This document shows, one piece after another, positions 57,211 through 64,000 of a DNA stretch of 64,000 bases; the first letter of the stretch is position 1; each line of letters opens with the position of its first letter. The notes beneath the pieces were generated by a model. That model worked only from the letters and a program-made list of their open reading frames with translations. It did no database searches and was not told the DNA's origin. The position numbers and the translations under genes are program-made. The DNA comes from an uncultured Pelagibacteraceae bacterium (GTDB taxonomy: Bacteria > Pseudomonadota > Alphaproteobacteria > Pelagibacterales > Pelagibacteraceae): the NCBI GenBank assembly GCA_902600855.1, contig CACKKY010000001.1, positions 6,851 through 70,850 of the forward strand. The letters are read 5' to 3'.

Positions 57211-58080
57211 ATGAGTTGTAATGTTGCTTTCATAGGTCTTGGTGTAATGGGTTATCCAATGGCTGGATATATATCAAAAGGTGGCCATAATGTAACTGTT
57301 TTTAATAGAACAAAATCAAAAGCAGAAAAATGGGTTAGTGAGTACAATGGTAAAACGGCTGAAACGCCAGCAGAAGCTGCAAAAAATGCAGAATATGTAT
57401 TTACATGTGTTGGTAATGATAATGATTTAAGAGAAGTTACTTTTGGTGAAAATGGTATTTTCAAAACCATTAATAAAGGTTCTGTCTATGTTGATAACAC
57501 TACAGCCTCAGCAACAATTGCAAGAGAGATTTATGAATATGCAAAAAAAAATGGATTTGGTGCACTAGACGCTCCTGTTTCAGGAGGACAAGCTGGTGCT
57601 GAAAATGGTGCTTTAACTGTAATGATTGGTGGAGATAAAAATGATTTTGATAAAGCAAAAGATAAAATTGATTGTTATAGCAAAAAAAAGAAGCTTCTTG
57701 GTAATGCTGGAAGTGGACAACTAGCAAAAATGGTAAATCAAATTTGTATAGCTGGACTTGTTCAAGGATTGTCTGAGGGAATTAATTTTGGGATGAAGGC
57801 TGGATTAAATATGGAAGATGTTATTGAAGTTATTTCAAAGGGTGCAGCTCAATCATGGCAAATGGAAAATAGATATAAAACAATGATTGATGATAAATTT
57901 GATTTTGGTTTTGCAGTAGACTGGATGAGGAAAGATTTAAAAATTGCAATGGATGAAGCTAAGAACAATGGTTCATTACTGCCTGTAACTGAGCTTGTGG
58001 ATAAATATTACGGCGAAGTTCAAGAATTAGGTGGAAAACGTTGGGACACATCAAGTTTAATTAAAAGATTTAGAAAGTAG
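57211..58080 (+). CDS. Beta-hydroxyacid dehydrogenase (3-hydroxyisobutyrate/tartronate semialdehyde reductase family)
   Basis: FIGLGVMGYPMA, DAPVSGGQ, GQLAKMVNQ, KDL. Confidence 0.92.
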   Translation: MSCNVAFIGLGVMGYPMAGYISKGGHNVTVFNRTKSKAEKWVSEYNGKTAETPAEAAKNAEYVFTCVGNDNDLREVTFGENGIFKTINKGSVYVDNTTASATIAREIYEYAKKNGFGALDAPVSGGQAGAENGALTVMIGGDKNDFDKAKDKIDCYSKKKKLLGNAGSGQLAKMVNQICIAGLVQGLSEGINFGMKAGLNMEDVIEVISKGAAQSWQMENRYKTMIDDKFDFGFAVDWMRKDLKIAMDEAKNNGSLLPVTELVDKYYGEVQELGGKRWDTSSLIKRFRK

Positions 58081-58086
58081 CCTTGT

Positions 58087-58686
58087 ATGCAACCAGCATA
58101 CTATGAAGATTTCGAGGAAATTAAGAATAAATATTGGTCTATGTTAGATGGTGCAGTCACCAATAGAGCTTCATCATTTAGAATTCCTGTTTTTATTTGC
58201 TCTCATAAAGATGAAGTTGATGGAAGAATTGTTGTATTAAGAAAATCAGATAGAGAAAATAATTTATTACAATTTCATACAGATTTTAGATCTCCAAAAG
58301 TAGAAATATTAAAAAACAATAATAAAGCTTCTTTGCTCTTCTATGATAAAGAGGAAAAAATTCAACTAAGAGTAAAAGTGAACTGTGAAATTAATAATCA
58401 AAATTCAATTACCAAAGAATCTTGGAAAAAAACACAACACATAAGTAGGAGATGTTATCTAACTGATAGTCCACCTGGAACCAGCTCAGAAAATCCAACA
58501 TCTGGAATGATTTCAAAATTAGAAGATTTTGATTATACGATGGATCAAAGTGAAGAAGGTTTTAAAAACTTTACCGTAATTAAATGTAAAATTAAAACTA
58601 TCGAATGGTTATATCTTGCAGCTAAAGGACACCGTAGAGCTATGTTTGATATAGAAAATAAAAAAGAAAGTTGGTTGGTGCCATAA
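58087..58686 (+). CDS. Pyridoxamine 5'-phosphate oxidase-like FMN-binding protein
   Basis: RIVVLR, FHTDFRSPK, LFYD..KIQLR, EWLYL...GHRRA. Confidence 0.8.
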   Translation: MQPAYYEDFEEIKNKYWSMLDGAVTNRASSFRIPVFICSHKDEVDGRIVVLRKSDRENNLLQFHTDFRSPKVEILKNNNKASLLFYDKEEKIQLRVKVNCEINNQNSITKESWKKTQHISRRCYLTDSPPGTSSENPTSGMISKLEDFDYTMDQSEEGFKNFTVIKCKIKTIEWLYLAAKGHRRAMFDIENKKESWLVP

Positions 58687-59102
58687 TGAAAAAATATGAA
58701 GCTATGGTTTTATCTTGCATAGATCCTAGATTTCAGGCCAAAGTATTTAATCACCTTAAAAGAAAAAAACTTACCGGAAAATATAGCTCTTTTACAATTG
58801 CTGGTGCAGCAATTGGTGTAACGCATAAAAAATTTAAAAAATGGCACTCAACATTTTGGGATAACTTAGAAACGTCAATTAAACTCCATAAAATAAGCAA
58901 ATTAATTGTTTTAAATCATAAAGATTGTGGTGCAGCAAAAATAGCCAACAAAAAAAAACAATTTAACTCTTTAATTGAAAATAAAATACATAAAGAATCT
59001 TTTATAAATTTAAAAAAAAAATTGAAAAAAAAACATCCCAACTTAAAAGTAAGCTTAAAACTTTATCAATGTAGATTAATTTTAAATTTTTTGATTTTCT
59101 AA
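58686..59102 (+). CDS. Small beta-type carbonic anhydrase-like protein
   Basis: CIDPR (CxDxR) and HKDCG (HxxC) Zn ligands; TAATG coupling with the upstream gene. Confidence 0.75.
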   Translation: MKKYEAMVLSCIDPRFQAKVFNHLKRKKLTGKYSSFTIAGAAIGVTHKKFKKWHSTFWDNLETSIKLHKISKLIVLNHKDCGAAKIANKKKQFNSLIENKIHKESFINLKKKLKKKHPNLKVSLKLYQCRLILNFLIF

Positions 59103-60103
59103 AGTAAATTTTCTATAAAAAATTTTTTGAATGGTCTACTGAATGCACTTCCTTTATTTCCGCCTACGCTATAACCATATGTAATACATGAAGCATCTAT
59201 CTTGGCGTCCTTGTTAGCCATTCCATCATCTTCTGTGTAGTAATCGGGACACTCATGCCAGGCTTCTAAATGTTTTTCATATTCAGGTTCATAATTAGCC
59301 TCGAATCCATGACCCCATCCTGCTTTAGTAGTTACTTTAATATCTGCTCCATTTGCTCTCATTTTTTCTCCATATTCTTCACATATGTGTGCATGTGAAG
59401 CGTCATCATCTTTACCATTTACCATCCAGATTTTGGTTTCTTTGATAGGTTGAGGGTTTCTAAAAAATCCTGATTGTCGACATTCTACAGATCTAGGTAT
59501 TGAAGCAGCATAATATAGATCTTTACTTATAAGTGTATCTCTTATTCTTTTTTCAGCAATTGCGAGTGAATTCATCCCACCTCTTGACCAACCAGTAATG
59601 CCAACTTTTTTTATATTAATCTTTGGATTTTTTGATAAATATTCTAGCGTCATAAATGCATCAATATAAAATGAATAAGTTGATACTTGTGCTTGATCAG
59701 CCCCTGCACTTATTACACTTCTTCCATTAAAATTATCAACAAACATTACTGCAATTCCTTTTTTCAGCAACATCCTTGCTTGTTGTCTGTTAAATTTAAA
59801 CCATTCATTGCTAAATAACCTAGCTCCTCCGCTTGAATGATTGAATACTACAATAGGGAATGGCTCTTCACCTTTTTTAGGATAAGCAATTAGTGCATCG
59901 ACATTAACTGGTGAATTTTTATATGATCCATCTTTTAAACTCATGAATTCATTTGGAAAAGGTCCAGAATTATAAGATTTAAATCTAACCATTTTACCAT
60001 CTTTAAAATATTTCCATAAATCATGTAACGAGGATGTCCCCGCGAATGAAGAGTCTGTTTTGGAAACTAATAAGAGTATTATCAGCGCTAAAAATTTTTT
60101 CAT
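59099..60103 (-). CDS. Secreted alpha/beta hydrolase, dienelactone hydrolase-like
   Basis: Signal peptide, HSSGG, GWSRGG nucleophile elbow, GKDD, GHGF. Confidence 0.78.
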   Translation of the reverse strand: MKKFLALIILLLVSKTDSSFAGTSSLHDLWKYFKDGKMVRFKSYNSGPFPNEFMSLKDGSYKNSPVNVDALIAYPKKGEEPFPIVVFNHSSGGARLFSNEWFKFNRQQARMLLKKGIAVMFVDNFNGRSVISAGADQAQVSTYSFYIDAFMTLEYLSKNPKINIKKVGITGWSRGGMNSLAIAEKRIRDTLISKDLYYAASIPRSVECRQSGFFRNPQPIKETKIWMVNGKDDDASHAHICEEYGEKMRANGADIKVTTKAGWGHGFEANYEPEYEKHLEAWHECPDYYTEDDGMANKDAKIDASCITYGYSVGGNKGSAFSRPFKKFFIENLL

Positions 60104-60393
60104 TAAATACCTTTAACTATAATATTACTTCCCTCAGAATTAGCCAATCTAATATCTTTAACAGGTTTGTAATCCTCTGAATTGTACCATTCTAGAGCTT
60201 TCTCATAAGTTGGAAATTTAATTATTACAATCCTTGGAAAGTTATCTTCTCCTTCTACAACTTGATATTCTCCATTTCTAACAAGGTATTCTCCTCCAAA
60301 TTTTTTTACAACTTCAGATACTTGAGAAACATATTCTTTATAATTTTCTGGATTTGTTACCTTTAATTGAGCTATCACATATCCTGCTGACAT
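60103..60393 (-). CDS. DUF1330 family protein
   Basis: GGEYLVRNG, VEG, IIKFP, WYNSEDY. Confidence 0.88.
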   Translation of the reverse strand: MSAGYVIAQLKVTNPENYKEYVSQVSEVVKKFGGEYLVRNGEYQVVEGEDNFPRIVIIKFPTYEKALEWYNSEDYKPVKDIRLANSEGSNIIVKGI

Positions 60394-60407
60394 ATATTAC
60401 CTTTCTA

Positions 60408-60920
60408 CTAAAATATTGATTTTGAGTATCTTTTCCAATTATCTTGATAACGTTTTGTATTTACTAAAACTGCTTTTTTTTCCTCTTCAGTAACTTCTCT
60501 AATTACTTTACCAGGTGAGCCCATAACAAGTGAATTATCCGGTATTACTTTATTTTCGGTTATTAATGACTTTGCACCAATAATACAATTTTTTCCTATC
60601 TTAGCGTTGTTAAGTATCACAGCACCGATTCCAATTAAACTTTCATCTTCGATTGTGCATCCATGAAGCATTACCATATGTCCAACAGTTACATTTTTAC
60701 CAATCTTTAATGGACATCCAGGATCAGTGTGTAAAACACTGCCGTCCTGAACGTTTGAACCTTCTCCAACAAAAATATTTTCCAAATCTCCTCTTAAAAC
60801 AGCATTAAACCATATACTTGAATTTTTCTCTAAAGTCACATCTCCAATGATAGTAGCATTAGGTGCTACCCAATTTTCGCCAGAGTTTTTTGGTTTTTTA
60901 TCTTTTAAATCATAAAACAT
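60408..60920 (-). CDS. Gamma carbonic anhydrase family protein (YrdA-like)
   Basis: IWFNAVLRGD, NVQDGSVLH, VGH.VMLHGC, hexapeptide repeats. Confidence 0.92.
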   Translation of the reverse strand: MFYDLKDKKPKNSGENWVAPNATIIGDVTLEKNSSIWFNAVLRGDLENIFVGEGSNVQDGSVLHTDPGCPLKIGKNVTVGHMVMLHGCTIEDESLIGIGAVILNNAKIGKNCIIGAKSLITENKVIPDNSLVMGSPGKVIREVTEEEKKAVLVNTKRYQDNWKRYSKSIF

Positions 60921-60940
60921 AATTTATATATTATAACATT

Positions 60941-61495
60941 ATGCCTATTCAAACTCCAATATGTGATTTTGGTCAAAAAGCTCATGACTTTGAACTTAAA
61001 TCTACAGATAGTAAAATAGTTTCACTAAATGATGTCAAAGGGGAAAATGGAACTCTTATAATATTTATTTGTAATCATTGTCCATATGTTAAAGCAATCA
61101 CTAAAGATATCGTTGAGGATTGTAGTGAGTTAAAAAAAATAGGCATCAATACAGTTGCTATTTGTGCCAACGATGCTGAAAATTATCCAGAAGACTCATT
61201 TGATAATATGGTTGAATTTGCAAAAAATAATAAATTCAATTTCCCTTACTTACATGATGAAACACAAGAAATAGCTAAAATTTATGATGCCGTTTGCACT
61301 CCAGATTTCTTTGGCTATAACAAAAATTTGGAACTTCACTACAGAGGTAGGTTAAAAGAATTAAAAAATTTTGTTCCTGTAAATGATGGGGAAAGTGATT
61401 TATTTAAAGCTATGAAACAAATTGCTGAAACCAATCATGGACCACAAAATCAAATTCCAAGCGCAGGATGTGGTATTAAATGGAAAATTAATTAA
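60941..61495 (+). CDS. Thioredoxin-fold (AhpC/TSA-like) protein
   Basis: FICNHCPYV, YPEDS, AVCTPDFF, YRGR, GCGIKW. Confidence 0.9.
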   Translation: MPIQTPICDFGQKAHDFELKSTDSKIVSLNDVKGENGTLIIFICNHCPYVKAITKDIVEDCSELKKIGINTVAICANDAENYPEDSFDNMVEFAKNNKFNFPYLHDETQEIAKIYDAVCTPDFFGYNKNLELHYRGRLKELKNFVPVNDGESDLFKAMKQIAETNHGPQNQIPSAGCGIKWKIN

Positions 61496-62583
61496 TGTAT
61501 TTAATTGTTACTAGATCTTATCCACCAACAATTGGTGGAATGCAAAACTTAATATGGGGCCTTTCAAATGAATTATCTAAAAATTATATGATTAAAGTCT
61601 TTGCTGACTATGAATATAATCATAAAATATTTGATGACAAAGCCTCATTTTCAATAGAAAGAGTTGGTGGCCCTAAAATTCTTAGAAAGTACAGAAAATC
61701 ATATTTAATTGATGAGTTTGTTAAGAATAATAAAATTGAAGGGATTATTGCTGACCACTGGAAAAGCTTAGAAAAATTAAAAAATGATAAAAAAAAATAC
61801 TGCTTAATACATGGAAAAGAAATTAATCATTCTAAAGGGTCCTCTTTACATAAACGTCTTATAAAAGTTTTGAATAATGTTGAAAAAATAATAGCTAATT
61901 CTGAATATACTAAAAATTTGGCAATAGAACTGGGAATAGATAGAGATAAATTTGTTGTCATTAACCCTGGTATTAGTCAATACGAAGAATTAAACCAAAA
62001 AACATTAGATAAAGTTGAAAGCTTACTTTCAATTAAAACACCTAGATTAATTACTGTTTCTAGATTTGATAAAAGAAAAAATCATGAAAAAATAATCATG
62101 GCTTTAAGGAATCTAAAACAAATTTATCCTAATATTATATACGTTTGTGTTGGATATGGTGATGAAGAAGAAAATATTAAAAAACTTGTTAAAGAATTAA
62201 ATTTAGAAACTCAAGTTATGTTCTTTAAAGATATCAGTAATGATTTAAAAAATGCTTTAGTAGCTAAATCAAATATATTCGTAATGCCTTCAATAATTCA
62301 TGAAAAGTCGGTTGAAGGTTTTGGTATTGCTTACATAGAAGCAGCTCAATACGAGATTCCATCTATTGGTGGAAAAGATGGTGGTGCTGCTGATGCAATT
62401 GAACACGAAAAAACTGGATTAATTTGTGATGGTAATAATTTGGATGATATTTATTCGTCAATAAACTTGATGTTAGAAAATAAGAAATACCTAGAATACG
62501 GAAAAAATGCAAAAGAATACGTTTCTAAATTTTATTGGTCTAATATTATTAAGCAATATAAAAAAGTATTAAATTCAATTTAA
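61495..62583 (+). CDS. Glycosyltransferase family 4
   Basis: YPPTIGGMQ, HGKE, VSRFDKRKN, EGFGIAYIEA. Confidence 0.9.
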   Translation: MYLIVTRSYPPTIGGMQNLIWGLSNELSKNYMIKVFADYEYNHKIFDDKASFSIERVGGPKILRKYRKSYLIDEFVKNNKIEGIIADHWKSLEKLKNDKKKYCLIHGKEINHSKGSSLHKRLIKVLNNVEKIIANSEYTKNLAIELGIDRDKFVVINPGISQYEELNQKTLDKVESLLSIKTPRLITVSRFDKRKNHEKIIMALRNLKQIYPNIIYVCVGYGDEEENIKKLVKELNLETQVMFFKDISNDLKNALVAKSNIFVMPSIIHEKSVEGFGIAYIEAAQYEIPSIGGKDGGAADAIEHEKTGLICDGNNLDDIYSSINLMLENKKYLEYGKNAKEYVSKFYWSNIIKQYKKVLNSI

Positions 62584-62584
62584 G

Positions 62585-63526
62585 TTAAATTAATTTATTA
62601 TATAATTTTTCAAATACTTTCTCTGCAGAAAGTTTTGAAAGATCTGATACTTGAATTGCTTTAAAATTCTCTCTTTCAATACTGACTTTATAAGCTGTGG
62701 TATGGGCACCAAACAAAGCTAATCCTTTTACGCCTAAATGAGCAGACATATGTGCTGGACCAGTGTCGTTAGAAACAACGAAAGAACTATCTTTAATTAA
62801 CGAGGATAATTGTGAAACATTTAAAGCCTTTCCATTATCTAAAACAGGTAAAGCATTAATCGATGATGCCTCTTTAATTTCATCTGGGCCTGGTGCTAAA
62901 ACAACTTTATAGGTTTTATTGAATTTTTTATTAATAATATCAATTAGCTCATTGTAATAAGGCCATTTTTTTGAAGTTAAGTGAGGAGAACAAAAAGGAA
63001 AAAGGATAATATATTTTTCTAGTTGATAAAATTTTTTTATTTCAGATAAATCTGATGAACACCATGTAAAGTCAGGTTTCATTGTATGAGCTGTATTTAT
63101 TCCAGAATTTTTTAATTGATAATTAAATCTTTCTAAAACAGAATCTTTATCAAAATCTTTTTTAATTGTTCCCTCTGGAAGAGTTGTTTCTGTTGATGAC
63201 CAAATATCTTTACCAGCTTTAGGGAATAATATTCTTTTATAAAAAGATGTTCTGCTAGAATTTTGAAGATCGTAAACTTTAGAAAAATTAAATTTTTTTA
63301 TTGATCTCATTAAAAGATATAAATAAATCAAATTTAATTTAGAGAGTCTTTTGTCTAAAATTACATTTGAAATATGTGGGTTTTTTTTAAATAAATCATA
63401 ATAAGGTCTAGTGGTCATTAAATGGATCTGATTATCTCTATGATGTTCAGAAATATCTTGAATTGCACCACTTGCTTGGGCTATATCACCTAATGATCCG
63501 TGTTTAATAATTAAAATATTAGACAT
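62585..63526 (-). CDS. Glycosyltransferase family 9 (heptosyltransferase-like)
   Basis: IKHGSLGD, YDLQ, KKWP, SNDTGPAHMSA, LFG. Confidence 0.9.
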   Translation of the reverse strand: MSNILIIKHGSLGDIAQASGAIQDISEHHRDNQIHLMTTRPYYDLFKKNPHISNVILDKRLSKLNLIYLYLLMRSIKKFNFSKVYDLQNSSRTSFYKRILFPKAGKDIWSSTETTLPEGTIKKDFDKDSVLERFNYQLKNSGINTAHTMKPDFTWCSSDLSEIKKFYQLEKYIILFPFCSPHLTSKKWPYYNELIDIINKKFNKTYKVVLAPGPDEIKEASSINALPVLDNGKALNVSQLSSLIKDSSFVVSNDTGPAHMSAHLGVKGLALFGAHTTAYKVSIERENFKAIQVSDLSKLSAEKVFEKLYNKLI

Positions 63527-63558
63527 ATTTAAAACAACTTAACATAGTATTAAATTTT

Positions 63559-63948
63559 ATGAATAAAATTATAGTTGAAGTTTCAGTAGGTGAGCTACTT
63601 GATAAAATTTCTATACTTGAGATTAAACAAGAAAAGATTAAAGACCCTGATAAGTTAAAATTTATAACTGATGAACATTCAATTTTAAAAGATCAATTTA
63701 ATAAGAAGGTACACTCAGATGAAAAACTTGAAAATCTCTTTCAATCTCTAAAGAAAATTAATGCCAAACTTTGGATTATCGAGGATGATAAAAGACTATG
63801 TGAAAAAGAAAAAGATTTTACTGAGAAGTTTATAAAACTTTCAAGAGATGTTCATTTTTTAAATGATGACAGAGCTAAAATTAAACTAGAAATTAATAAT
63901 CATTCTGGATCTAAAATAAAAGAGATTAAAGAATATACTAATTATTGA
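63559..63948 (+). CDS. Conserved hypothetical protein (DUF6165-like)
   Basis: VSVGELLDKISILEIK, LWIIEDDKR, NDDRAKIK, SKIKEIKEY. Confidence 0.75.
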   Translation: MNKIIVEVSVGELLDKISILEIKQEKIKDPDKLKFITDEHSILKDQFNKKVHSDEKLENLFQSLKKINAKLWIIEDDKRLCEKEKDFTEKFIKLSRDVHFLNDDRAKIKLEINNHSGSKIKEIKEYTNY

Positions 63949-64000
63949 AAATTCTAGGAAACCAATCCTCACGCATTAAATCACCTGATTTCAAATTAAT
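63938..64000 (-). CDS. 3' end of a CDS entering from beyond the window
   Basis: Open frame INLKSGDLMREDWFPRIFNN* on the minus strand, convergent with the 63559 gene. Confidence 0.35.
   Translation of the reverse strand: MNLKSGDLMREDWFPRIFNN

Noticed and set aside
778-57727. Numerous 60-170 aa ORFs antisense to or nested in known genes (e.g. 778-1008, 3457-3960, 5618-5938, 27936-28343, 43158-43520, 56580-56966)
   Set aside because: They lie wholly inside well-supported genes, have Ser/Phe/Ile-rich shadow composition and show no motifs
1-64000. CRISPR arrays, tRNA/rRNA genes, IS elements, integrases, prophage or defence systems
   Set aside because: No intergenic region exceeds about 200 bp, and no repeat-spacer pattern, cloverleaf, transposase, integrase or phage-like ORF was seen

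Overview
Very AT-rich, gene-dense bacterial chromosome segment with tiny or overlapping intergenic spacers. Gene content and style point to a SAR11/Pelagibacterales alphaproteobacterium (inference). From 1 to 37 kb it is mostly core metabolism: cinA-like, sfsA, map, purB-C-S-Q-L, bolA-grxD, rpsD, trmJ-like, cimA, cysS, nadE, class II DAHP synthase, dhaKL, glmS, a half-length glmU, prpDBC, nrdAB, a phosphomannomutase and a malonate-type TRAP/malonyl-CoA decarboxylase module. From about 38 to 55.4 kb lies a regulator-free catabolic cluster. It encodes a betaine/TMAO-type ABC importer, a cytoplasmic Mo-bisPGD S-/N-oxide reductase, a DmdA-like THF-dependent demethylase, two homocysteine S-methyltransferase-family proteins with an altered Zn site, a NylB-like hydrolase, an amidase, ADH/ALDH, a VOC protein and two DMT transporters. 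This cluster is the best candidate for an undescribed system: uptake, reduction and demethylation of an oxidised methylated onium osmolyte. The remainder (rpoZ to the GT4/GT9 genes) is mixed housekeeping. Non-coding signals include tandem NrdR boxes plus a LexA box at nrdA, an orphan terminator hairpin (candidate sRNA), an 18-aa hydrophobic micro-ORF and several leaderless-type promoters. No rRNA, tRNA, CRISPR or mobile element was recognised. All product calls come from motif and family recognition by eye, not from database searches.
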